From assembly GCF_000010625.1 (NCBI RefSeq), contig NC_010296.1:4830001-4862000 (forward strand): 32,000 nt of DNA, given 5' to 3'. Source of the DNA: Microcystis aeruginosa NIES-843 (lineage in GTDB: Bacteria; Cyanobacteriota; Cyanobacteriia; Cyanobacteriales; Microcystaceae). Below the pieces are notes generated by a model that worked only from the letters and a program-made list of their open reading frames with translations, searched no databases and was not told the origin of the DNA. Position 1 is the stretch's first letter; every line of letters begins with the position of its first letter. Positions 1-8,097 of the stretch are shown here, piece after piece. Position numbers and translations under genes: made by a program.

Positions 1-219
1 GATCAGGAAGCCGGTCCAAAGGTCAAAGAACTAGATAATACGGTCGATCAAGCCTATGACTATCTTTATCACACTCTCGCCCATCAAAGAGATATTAAGG
101 GTGTGGTGGAACCAATCCTGCTGATGGCTTTACTAATCCGTCATCTGGAACGTATGGCCGATCACGCCACCAATATCGCCCAAAGGGTATCCTACATCGT
201 TACTGGACAGAGAGGCTGA
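1..219 (+). CDS. phoU: PhoU-family phosphate transport regulator, C-terminal part (5' end lies outside the window)
   Basis: Frame +1 is open from nt 1 to TGA at 217-219. The translation ...VVEPILLMALLIRHLERMADHATNIAQRVSYIVTGQRG* carries the PhoU-repeat signature E-R-x-x-D-H-x-x-N-I-A. There is no start codon in the window. Confidence 0.8.
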   Translation, partial: DQEAGPKVKELDNTVDQAYDYLYHTLAHQRDIKGVVEPILLMALLIRHLERMADHATNIAQRVSYIVTGQRG

Positions 220-267
220 GGGTGCGGGTGTCCTGAGTTGATTTCCCTCGAACTCTGGCCCGCGCTT

Positions 268-1143
268 TTAGCGTTTACGACTCAGGGGGTTAAAAATTTC
301 ACTTAACCCCTCTCCCAAGAGAGATAAACCCACCACCATCGTGGTCATCGCTAATCCGGGAAATAAAGTAGTCCACCAGATACCTGTAGATAAATCCGCC
401 AAAGCTTCCTTGAGATCATGACCCCATTCCGGCACTTCTTCTGGTAATCCTAAGCCTAAAAAGCCTAAACCGCCTAAAACAAGGATCGCATCCGCCGCGT
501 TGAGGGTAAAAAGAACCGGGACACTCTGGACGACATTAAAGAAAAGATATTTTGATAGTATCCGGCCTGGACTAGCACCGATCGCTCGTGCCGCTTCGAT
601 AAATAACTCATTTTTAACGCTGGCGGTTTGATTTCTGACCACGCGAAAATATTGGGGAATATAGGCAATGCTAACAGCGATCGCTACATTGACGATACCA
701 CGACCCAAAACGAAAGCCAGAGCCACCGATAATAATAACCCCGGCAAGGTGTAGAGGGTATCCATGAGAAAGAGGAGAACGCGATCGATCTTACCCCCCA
801 AATAACCGCTAATTAACCCTAAAGGAACCCCGATGACTAAAGATAATCCTGTGGCCAAAAATACCACGGACAAGGCCGCCCGGGCCCCGAATAGGGTGCG
901 GGAAAAGACATCATAACCGCGCACATTCGTCCCGAACCAATGGGCAGAACTGGGGGCTTGTAGGGGATAATTGCTTAAAATGTCGGTTGGATCCTGAATC
1001 AGGCTGATCGCTTGCAGAAGGGGCGAAAACAGGGCAATCAGGATAAAAATAATTGTCAATACCAACCCAACCCCTAGGAGTTTAGTGGTTAGGTTGGGTT
1101 TCAGAAAAGGATCGATCGGCAATTTAACAGGAGTCATCGACAA
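268..1143 (-). CDS. ABC transporter permease, DppC/OppC/NikC type (peptide/nickel family)
   Basis: 291-aa multi-pass hydrophobic ORF. It has the EAA-type loop IEAARAIGASPGRILSKYLFFNV typical of binding-protein-dependent permeases. No cognate ATPase or binding protein is in the window. Confidence 0.8.
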   Translation of the reverse strand: MSMTPVKLPIDPFLKPNLTTKLLGVGLVLTIIFILIALFSPLLQAISLIQDPTDILSNYPLQAPSSAHWFGTNVRGYDVFSRTLFGARAALSVVFLATGLSLVIGVPLGLISGYLGGKIDRVLLFLMDTLYTLPGLLLSVALAFVLGRGIVNVAIAVSIAYIPQYFRVVRNQTASVKNELFIEAARAIGASPGRILSKYLFFNVVQSVPVLFTLNAADAILVLGGLGFLGLGLPEEVPEWGHDLKEALADLSTGIWWTTLFPGLAMTTMVVGLSLLGEGLSEIFNPLSRKR

Positions 1144-1212
1144 AATTTAGCCATTGCATAGAACGCTAATTGTAGAAGACAAGGCTAACCTGAGACAAGA
1201 GCAGTGTTTTTT

Positions 1213-1326
1213 TCAGACAGCTGGGGCCGAAACGACCATAAACCAGAGCAAGACTGCTAAAGCTAAAACAGTTAGTTTAATGAGGATATAAAGCAGTCCG
1301 TTGGGATAAAGGAGATCGTGAAACAT
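1213..1326 (-). CDS. Small hydrophobic protein, 37 aa (below the ORF-track cutoff)
   Basis: ATG (complement of cat 1324-1326) sits 5 nt downstream of a perfect AGGAGG (complement of cctcct 1331-1336). Translation is MFHDLLYPNGLLYILIKLTVLALAVLLWFMVVSAPAV*, one predicted TM helix, with stop at 1213-1215. It is divergent from ndhN. I recognise no family. Confidence 0.4.
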   Translation of the reverse strand: MFHDLLYPNGLLYILIKLTVLALAVLLWFMVVSAPAV

Positions 1327-1451
1327 ATTACCTCCTCGGTAGAGAGTAGCGATTGTCCCTCTCTATCTTTGATCTTAAGTCTTTCTTTGTTCAGGTGACG
1401 CACAACTTAACAAAACGTGCGATTATAGGGAAAAAGATTTTTTCACTAGCT

Positions 1452-1928
1452 ATGGCACTACTGACCACGGGAAAACCATTTATTCGCGATCTGGAACAAT
1501 ACGGTGCTTTAGGGGTTTACGCACCCTTAGAAGGGGGTTACGAGGGACGCTATCAAAGACGTTTACGGGCCACCGGTTACAATGTCCTGCATATCACCGC
1601 TAGAGGTCTAGGGGATTTAAGTGCCTATCTTACCGGCATTCATGGAGTCCGTCCCCCCCATTTAGGTAAAAAAAATATTGGTCGGGAAGCAGCCGTCGGA
1701 CCGGTTTATTTTATTCCTCCCATTGCTACCTATCAATTGGAAAATTTACCCCCCAAATCTAAAGGTTTAGTGATTTGGATTATTGAAAGTTTTGTTTTAT
1801 CCTCGGAAGAAAAACAATACTTAATTAATCTTAGTCAACAGGAACCCCGGTTAAAATTTGTCCTCGAATTGGGTGGGGAAAGATATTTCCGTTGGCAACC
1901 TTTGAGCAAATCTTTAATCGCTGCCTAA
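1452..1928 (+). CDS. ndhN: NAD(P)H-quinone oxidoreductase (NDH-1) subunit N
   Basis: From ATG 1452 the protein reads MALLTTGKPFIRDLEQYGALGVYAPLEGGYEGRYQRRLRATGY...LENLPPKSKGLVIWIIE...GGERYFRWQPL. This matches the cyanobacterial NdhN pattern as I remember it. The track ORF start at 1353 adds 33 non-conserved residues and is probably not used. Confidence 0.85.
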   Translation: MALLTTGKPFIRDLEQYGALGVYAPLEGGYEGRYQRRLRATGYNVLHITARGLGDLSAYLTGIHGVRPPHLGKKNIGREAAVGPVYFIPPIATYQLENLPPKSKGLVIWIIESFVLSSEEKQYLINLSQQEPRLKFVLELGGERYFRWQPLSKSLIAA

Positions 1929-2130
1929 ATTACCGAAATAACACGGTTATTGAAATATCTCCCCCTCAACCCCTCTCCCCGGAGAGGGAAACTTCAATTC
2001 TTGAGAGTTTGTTGTTCCTCCCTCACCTTTTGGTAGCTATTCATTTAATTTTCTTAATTTCGCGAGTTGGCCTAGGGGAATTTGCCATAATATGGGATAT
2101 CGTTGCCGCAAAAAACCTAGGAGTTAAATC

Positions 2131-3573
2131 GTGACAGTGAGAGTTCGTATTGCCCCCAGTCCCACGGGAAATTTACACATTGGAACAGCGCGCACAGCCG
2201 TGTTTAACTGGCTTTTTGCCCGTCATCACCGAGGGAAATTTATCTTGCGCGTGGAAGATACAGATTTAGAACGTTCTCGACCAGAATATACCGAAAATAT
2301 TCAAGCGGGCCTACAATGGTTAGGACTGAATTGGGATGAAGGTCCTTTTTTTCAAACTCAACGCCTTAATTATTATCGTCAAGCTATTCAAACCCTGCTC
2401 GATCGAGGTTTAGCCTATCGTTGTTATTGTACCCCAGAAGAATTGGAAAAAATGCGGGAAGAACAAAAAGCCCGCAATCTTGCCCCCCGTTATGATAATC
2501 GTCATCGTTATCTCACCCCCGAACAACAAGCGCAATTCGAGCAAGCGGGGAGAAAAGCAGTAATTCGTTTTATTATTGATGACGATCAAGAAATTATTTG
2601 GCAGGATTTAATCCGGGAAAAAGTCATCTGGAAAGGTAGTGATTTAGGGGGGGATATGGTGATCGCTCGTACCTCGGAAAATGGGGAAGAAAACTTCGGT
2701 CAGCCTCTCTATAATTTAGCGGTAGTTGTTGATGATATCGATATGGAAATTACCCATGTTATTCGTGGGGAAGATCACATCGCTAATACGGCTAAACAAA
2801 TTCTTTTATACGAAGCTTTGGGGGCAAAAGTGCCTGAGTTTGCCCACAGTCCTTTGATCTTAAATCAGGAGGGTCGTAAGTTATCTAAACGGGATGGAGT
2901 CACTTCGATCGATGATTTCCGAAAACTGGGTTTTCTGCCGCAAGCTTTGGTTAATTACATGACTCTACTCGGGTGGACTCCTCCCGATTCCACTGAAGAA
3001 ATTTTTACCCTTGAAGCGGCTGCTGAAGTGTTTAGTTTAGAACGGGTAAATAAAGCGGGGGCAAAATTTGACTGGACTAAACTGGATTGGATTAATAGTC
3101 AATATCTCCATCGGTTAACCGGTGAGGAATTAGTGCCTTTACTTCTCCCCTACTGGCAAGAAGCAGGGTATAATTTTGCTGCTGAAACCGATCGAGCTTG
3201 GTTGATCGGTTTGGCTACTCTCATCGGTCCGAGTTTAACTCGTTTAAGCGATGCTGTCGCTGAAAGTCGCTTACTTTTAACCCCTCTGGCGAATTATAAT
3301 CAGGAGGCTTTGAGTCAATTACAATTAGAGGGAGTTAAGGATATTATCAAGGATATTCTTGCCGCTATTACTCCCGATTTGACTGGAGAAGTTGCTAAGG
3401 GTATTGTGGAGACAACAACTAAAGCCCATCGGGTTAAAAAGGGTCTGGTGATGAAGTCTCTACGCGCCGCTTTGATGGGGGAGTTACACGGTCCAGATTT
3501 AATGCAGTCTTGGCTACTTCTCAATCAAAAAGGTTGGGATATATCCCGTCTTCAGCAAGCAGTAAATAGTTAA
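2131..3573 (+). CDS. gltX: Glutamate--tRNA ligase
   Basis: 480 aa. It has the class I HIGH-type motif ([14 protein letters not shown]) and the KMSKS variant KLSKR. GTG start 2131 lies 7 nt after AGGAG. Confidence 0.95.
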   Translation: MTVRVRIAPSPTGNLHIGTARTAVFNWLFARHHRGKFILRVEDTDLERSRPEYTENIQAGLQWLGLNWDEGPFFQTQRLNYYRQAIQTLLDRGLAYRCYCTPEELEKMREEQKARNLAPRYDNRHRYLTPEQQAQFEQAGRKAVIRFIIDDDQEIIWQDLIREKVIWKGSDLGGDMVIARTSENGEENFGQPLYNLAVVVDDIDMEITHVIRGEDHIANTAKQILLYEALGAKVPEFAHSPLILNQEGRKLSKRDGVTSIDDFRKLGFLPQALVNYMTLLGWTPPDSTEEIFTLEAAAEVFSLERVNKAGAKFDWTKLDWINSQYLHRLTGEELVPLLLPYWQEAGYNFAAETDRAWLIGLATLIGPSLTRLSDAVAESRLLLTPLANYNQEALSQLQLEGVKDIIKDILAAITPDLTGEVAKGIVETTTKAHRVKKGLVMKSLRAALMGELHGPDLMQSWLLLNQKGWDISRLQQAVNS

Positions 3574-3617
3574 ATTGATCGGCTATCAGTTATCAGAAAA
3601 TTTCTCGTACATTGGGG

Positions 3618-3670
3618 TTGACAAATGCCCTAATATTGCTATATACTTTCTAGTATAATGGGAATCCGTG
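3618..3670 (+). promoter_or_regulatory. Conserved promoter-like module, copy A (TTGACA-18-TATACT, then TATAAT-GGGAATCCGTG)
   Basis: TTGACA is at 3618-3623, TATACT at 3642-3647 and TATAAT at 3654-3659. The module is near-identical to 16329-16379: the first 10/10 nt match, then 7-9 variable nt, then 31/35 including an identical 17-mer TATAATGGGAATCCGTG. Confidence 0.4.
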
Positions 3671-3850
3671 TCGCCCTGCATACCCTGCTCGTGATCGATT
3701 ACTGAGGAAATGGGGGCGGATTTTTCGGTTGTGGCTCTTCTCGACTTTGTGTGATAATTTTTGCTTATGGAATCCTGAAGTGCTTATCGGGCAGAACTTT
3801 TATACTAAATCTGGTTATTAAAAACTGATTATTTATTCTCCGTTTTGCAT

Positions 3851-3897
3851 GAGTGCCTCTCCTGATATTTAGCCTATACCCAACGGATTTAGTATTA
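3851..3897. repeat. 47-nt direct repeat, copy 1
   Basis: gagtgcctctcctgatatttagcctatacccaacggatttagtatta matches 4034-4080 at 44/47. Confidence 0.8.
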
Positions 3898-4033
3898 CTT
3901 CCGACTTGATCACTCAATCCAAGCTTTTGGGGGGTAGAACCCCCCAAACCCCCCGTGCATTAGTTTTTCGGTGGGATGCTTACACGCAGCTGCTGACACA
4001 TCTGTAATCATTTAAGAGTCACTCCCGCAAGTG

Positions 4034-4080
4034 GAGTGCCTCTCCTGATATGTAGCCTATATTCAACGGATTTAGTATTA
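4034..4080. repeat. 47-nt direct repeat, copy 2
   Basis: gagtgcctctcctgatatgtagcctatattcaacggatttagtatta matches 3851-3897 at 44/47. Confidence 0.8.
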
Positions 4081-4251
4081 GGACTATTTTGCGGAAGAGA
4101 CTATCAGTATAAAACTCGTTTCCACACAGAAACCAGAATATCCCGATTTTTCCCCTAGCTGTCAGGGACGATCTAGAAACTTTCTTAATTTTCAGGCATT
4201 ATCCGCAACTTTTCCCTAAATATAGATTTGTTGATCTCCTGACAAAAACCT

Positions 4252-5334
4252 ATGGGTGAAAAAAAACGAATTGGAATTCTCACCAGTGGTGGTGACTGTG
4301 CGGGTTTAAATGCCGCCATTCGTGCCGTTGTCCACCATGCCAGTGGCAATTATGGCTGGGAAGTGGTGGGTATTCGAGAAGCAACGAACGGATTAATTAG
4401 CCGTCCCCCCAAAACCACTATCTTTGATATTGAAGGAGTCGATCGCCTGTTGGTGATGGGAGGAACAATTCTCGGTACTACCAATAAAGGGGATCCCTTC
4501 GCTTTCCCGATGCCGGATGGAACCCTGATCGATCGCTCTCAGGAAATCATTGACGGCTATCATAGTCTGGGACTGGATGCCCTGATCGGCATCGGTGGCG
4601 ATGGTAGTCTGGCGATTTTGCGCCGTATTGCCCAACAGGGAGGCATTAATCTGATTGGTATCCCCAAAACCATCGATAATGATGTGGGAGCTACAGAAGT
4701 CTCCATCGGCTTCGATACAGCTACTAATATCGCCACAGAAGCCCTCGATCGCCTCCATTTTACCGCCGCTAGTCATAACCGGGTGATGATTCTAGAAGTT
4801 ATGGGTAGAGATGCCGGCCATATCGCCCTAGCTGCCGGTATTGCGGGGGGGGCCCATATCATTCTCATTCCCGAAATTCCCTACCGATTAGAGAAGATCT
4901 GCGAGAAGATCCGGCAACGGCAGCGTCTGGATAAACAGTTTTCTCTGATTATTGTCTCCGAGGCTGTGCGTACCGAAACTGGCAATCGCCTAGTGCAAAA
5001 GGAAGCCCTAGGAGAAGATCGTCTCGGGGGTATCGGTCGCTATTTAGCCGAAGAAGTTGCCAGGGAAACCGGGGCCGAAACGAGAGTGACTTTCCTGGGC
5101 CACATTCAACGGGGGGGTATTCCTTCTCCGATGGATCGCTTACTGGGGGCGGCTTTTGGCGTGGCGGCCGTGGCTCTGATCGCCAGGGGAGAATTCGATC
5201 GCATGGTGGCCTGGCAAAATCGGCAAGTGGTCAGTGTTCCCATCGAGGAGGCGATTAAAACCTATCGCGTCGTCGATCCCGAAGAAACTTTAGTCAAAAC
5301 CGCCAGGGGTTTGGGTATTTGTCTAGGGGATTGA
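4252..5334 (+). CDS. pfkA: ATP-dependent 6-phosphofructokinase
   Basis: 360 aa. The N-terminus RIGILTSGGDCAGLNAAIRAVV and the motifs GGDGS and PKTIDND are PfkA hallmarks. Confidence 0.9.
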   Translation: MGEKKRIGILTSGGDCAGLNAAIRAVVHHASGNYGWEVVGIREATNGLISRPPKTTIFDIEGVDRLLVMGGTILGTTNKGDPFAFPMPDGTLIDRSQEIIDGYHSLGLDALIGIGGDGSLAILRRIAQQGGINLIGIPKTIDNDVGATEVSIGFDTATNIATEALDRLHFTAASHNRVMILEVMGRDAGHIALAAGIAGGAHIILIPEIPYRLEKICEKIRQRQRLDKQFSLIIVSEAVRTETGNRLVQKEALGEDRLGGIGRYLAEEVARETGAETRVTFLGHIQRGGIPSPMDRLLGAAFGVAAVALIARGEFDRMVAWQNRQVVSVPIEEAIKTYRVVDPEETLVKTARGLGICLGD

Positions 5335-5401
5335 GATTAAATCTAGGGGAATCGGTGCGAGAATTAATCCTTAAGTATCGCCCTTTCCCCACCGATTAAA
5401 A

Positions 5402-5467
5402 TTACCCCTCAAATAAAGATAAACTCTGATAATTATTTTTCGGCAATTTCGCCAGTAAACCTAAATG
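5402..5467 (-). pseudogene. Orphan copy of the last 21 codons plus stop of ruvB (diverged allele)
   Basis: The minus strand reads [21 protein letters not shown], against the real RuvB C-terminus [21 protein letters not shown] at 26922-26987. There is a 35-nt perfect core (5433-5467 = 26953-26987), and the stop codons are in the same register. Confidence 0.75.
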
Positions 5468-6877
5468 ATTAATAGTTCAGTTAATGTAGCAGAAAGATTG
5501 TTAGAAATCAACAATCTCGATCGAGAATTATTTAATTATTTTCAAGACAAATTACTTGATTCTGAGCAATTATCTCGTACCCTAGTGAGTTTTCAAGGTA
5601 ATAAGAACCAACCAGTTTATCGCTGGTATAAATATAAAGAGGGTTTTTCCGTTGATCTGATAGTTTATCTTCTAGAAAAATATGGTATCAAACAAGGAAA
5701 AATACTAGACCCTTTCGCCGGGAGCGGAACAACTTTATTTGCGGCGGCGGCCAGGGGTTTATCAGCAGATGGAATAGAATTATTGCCGATTGGACAGGAA
5801 TTAATTATTACTAGACAAATTTTAGAAAATGGCTTAAATAGTGATGATATACATCGTCTAGAGTATTGGTCTAACCATAGCCTTTGGCAACAGGTAGATG
5901 ACAAAGTTAAGTTATTAGAATTACCAATTACTCAAGGAGCATATCCCCAAGAAAATCAGGCTTGTATAGAAAGTTACTTAGGGTTGATTGCCCAAGAGAA
6001 TGAGCGAGTGCAATCGATCTTAAAATTTGCCTTACTTTCTATTCTCGAATCAATTAGCTATACTAGAAAAGATGGTCAATACCTCCGTTGGGATTATCGT
6101 TCTGGTAAACAACAGGGCAAAAATATATTTGACAAAGGAAAAATTTTAGACTTTAAAATTGCCCTACATAGCAAGTTACGAGAAATTCTCGCAGATTTAG
6201 AGCCTAGTCAGCAACAATTGGAACTTTTTTCTAGAGATTATCCTCGGGGAAAAATTCAACTATATCAAGGTTCTTGTCTTGAGATTTTGCCAGAGATTTC
6301 CTCAGAAAAATACGATTCTATTATTACTTCTCCTCCTTATTGTAATCGCTATGATTATACTCGTATCTACGCTTTAGAATTGGCTCTATTGGGAATAGAT
6401 CAACTACAATTAAAACAATTACGTCAACAAATGCTTAGTTGCACTGTTGAAAATAAACCCAAAGAGTTACTAAAAATAAATGAACATTGGTCGCCAGCCA
6501 TTGCCATAACTGATCGTCAAAAATTATTAGAGAGTATCCTGGGTTATTTAGAGGAATTAAAATCAAGCAAGGCCTTAAATAACCATGGTATTCCTCGGAT
6601 GATTAGAGGGTATTTTCTGGAAATGTCTTGTCTAATTTATGAATGCTTTCGGGTTATGAAATCCTCGGGTATTTTCTGTATGATTAATGATAACGTGCGC
6701 TATGCGGGAGCTAGTATTTCTGTAGATTTAATTTTGTCAAAAATTGCCGAAGAAATTGGATTTAAAGTAGAAAATATTTTAGTAGTTCCTCAGGGAAAAG
6801 GTAATAGTAGTCAGCAAATGGGATGTCATGGTAGAGAATCTTTAAGAAAATGTATTTATGTGTGGAGAAAGCCTTAA
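5465..6877 (+). CDS. Type II DNA methyltransferase (amino-MTase, probably N4-cytosine)
   Basis: 470 aa. Motif I is LDPFAGSGTT (aa 81-90). Motif IV, IITSPPY (SPPY at aa 289-292), lies about 200 aa downstream, giving an alpha-type order. SPPY is the form common in N4-C MTases. The first 120 nt contain 34 G+C by hand count. The stop overlaps the next gene's start as TAATG. Confidence 0.85.
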   Translation: MINSSVNVAERLLEINNLDRELFNYFQDKLLDSEQLSRTLVSFQGNKNQPVYRWYKYKEGFSVDLIVYLLEKYGIKQGKILDPFAGSGTTLFAAAARGLSADGIELLPIGQELIITRQILENGLNSDDIHRLEYWSNHSLWQQVDDKVKLLELPITQGAYPQENQACIESYLGLIAQENERVQSILKFALLSILESISYTRKDGQYLRWDYRSGKQQGKNIFDKGKILDFKIALHSKLREILADLEPSQQQLELFSRDYPRGKIQLYQGSCLEILPEISSEKYDSIITSPPYCNRYDYTRIYALELALLGIDQLQLKQLRQQMLSCTVENKPKELLKINEHWSPAIAITDRQKLLESILGYLEELKSSKALNNHGIPRMIRGYFLEMSCLIYECFRVMKSSGIFCMINDNVRYAGASISVDLILSKIAEEIGFKVENILVVPQGKGNSSQQMGCHGRESLRKCIYVWRKP

Positions 6878-7848
6878 TGGAAAAACCCTATCTCTTGCAT
6901 TTAAACCAAAGTTGTGATTTGGAGACTACCTATGAAGCTATCCGTTCAGGATTTATTGCTCTAGCCTTAGAAAAAAATCAGAGAGCTACTCCTTTAATTG
7001 CAGAAGCAAGAACCTTAAAAATTATTGCACAAACCGTAAACAATCCTAGAGATTTACTAAACATCCCAGATATTCAAGCGGCTTTATTAACTGCATCGGG
7101 AATTTCTGATAAGGCTAAAAATTATTTACATTCCCAAGACAAGGTAGAAGCAATTCAAGAATTAATTGTCAATTTTCTGGAACCTGCGGGGACTAATTTT
7201 GTCGAGGAGTTAGTCTATAGATTTCTATTGATTCGGGGTGACACTTTAGGAGGAATCATGAGAAACGCGGGTGGCTCCTTAGCTCAAAGTAAATTTACTC
7301 GTTCTCTATTAGCAACTTTAAGAGTAGCAGGGATTGCTTATGATTGGCTCAATTCTAGTAATAATCAATGGAGAGAAGCTGAAGAAATGACACCTAATCT
7401 AGAAATCTTGGTTAGAGGTGTTAGCTGGTTAAATAACAGCCAACCAAGAACAATAATTTATAATGTCAATGTTCCCATTGTTAATAACAACAATATTGAT
7501 TTGTGCCTTTTAAAATGTGATTCGACGCAATTAGCTAATCAAAAAATCAAAAAACAAACCTTACAATCTGCTGATTTATACATTGCTTTGGGAGAATTGA
7601 AAGGTGGGATTGATCCCGCAGGAGCAGATGAACATTGGAAAACTGCTCGTACTGCTTTGCAGAGAATTGATGATGCTTTTAGAAAAATCTCTAAGCATCC
7701 TTATACTTTTTTTATCGGCGCTGCTATTGAAACAAAAATGGCTAGGGAAATTTATCAGCAATTAGAGACGAAAAAACTCACCAATGCCGCTAACTTAACC
7801 AATGATAATCAACTGGTTTCAATTATGCGTTGGCTATGCCATCTTTAA
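6877..7848 (+). CDS. Type II restriction endonuclease, AvaI/BsoBI-like
   Basis: 323 codons from ATG 6877. The motif is ...YIALGE(240)LK(242)GGIDPAGADEH(253)WKTA. From memory, BsoBI is also 323 aa with catalytic E240, K242 and H253, and its partner MTase is N4-C. This is not verifiable here without a search. Confidence 0.7.
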   Translation: MEKPYLLHLNQSCDLETTYEAIRSGFIALALEKNQRATPLIAEARTLKIIAQTVNNPRDLLNIPDIQAALLTASGISDKAKNYLHSQDKVEAIQELIVNFLEPAGTNFVEELVYRFLLIRGDTLGGIMRNAGGSLAQSKFTRSLLATLRVAGIAYDWLNSSNNQWREAEEMTPNLEILVRGVSWLNNSQPRTIIYNVNVPIVNNNNIDLCLLKCDSTQLANQKIKKQTLQSADLYIALGELKGGIDPAGADEHWKTARTALQRIDDAFRKISKHPYTFFIGAAIETKMAREIYQQLETKKLTNAANLTNDNQLVSIMRWLCHL

Positions 7849-7858
7849 GCTTAATTAA

Positions 7859-7886
7859 TATCTAGAAAATTACCAGTCAAATAAAG
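7859..7886 (-). repeat. Second short ruvB 3'-terminal copy (last 4 codons, stop, and 11 nt of 3' UTR)
   Basis: tatctagaaaattaccagtcaaataaag matches 26911-26938 at 23/28 and 5398-5418 at 19/21. The minus strand reads LFDW* in the ruvB register. Confidence 0.55.
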
Positions 7887-7960
7887 TCCAGTTGGGTTGG
7901 TTAGCAACGCATAAACCACCCAATTCTGATTAGATGGCAAGAAGAATTAACCAGCCTAAT

Positions 7961-8000
7961 CTTTGTGTCTTTGTGTCTTTGTGTCTTTGTGTCTTTGTGG
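7961..8000. repeat. Tandem octamer tract (CTTTGTGT)x4 plus CTTTGTGG
   Basis: Read directly. It lies about 100 nt upstream of the STAS-like gene ATG and is what produces the false N-terminal extension MCLCVFVSLCLC. Confidence 0.9.
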
Positions 8001-8097
8001 TTATTTTCTGCGATCGCTTATTGATTTTGCCTCAATCTTTGTCCCACTATTTGTGATAGTATATAGTTATACTTCGACCATTTGGGAGAGGCAAACT

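Noticed and set aside
1353-1451. N-terminal extensions offered by the ORF track for ndhN (1353), the STAS-like gene (7963), priA (22083), the AI-2E transporter (29781), the endonuclease (6850) and the toxin (11855).
   Set aside because: The extensions are non-conserved, use rare starts, or run through tandem or dispersed repeats. Internal ATGs give N-termini matching the family patterns or have better RBS spacing.
1892-2134. An 80-aa ORF between ndhN and gltX.
   Set aside because: It reads through a palindromic repeat (cccctctccccggagaggg, about 1969-1988) that gives the typical PLSPERE repeat peptide. It has no RBS and low-complexity content, and it is in the gltX 5' region.
3663-3725. A ~60-nt small RNA downstream of promoter module A, closed by pairing of AATCCG..CGCCC with GGGGGCGGATT and followed by T5.
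   Set aside because: The pairing needs a bulge and encloses a ~35-nt loop, unlike a canonical intrinsic terminator. Copy B has no equivalent. It is kept only as a remark inside the module finding, not as an ncRNA feature.
3765-3947. A 60-aa minus-strand ORF in the gltX-pfkA spacer.
   Set aside because: It runs through the 47-nt repeat and the G6/C6 hairpin. It has no RBS, and its basic low-complexity product looks non-genic.
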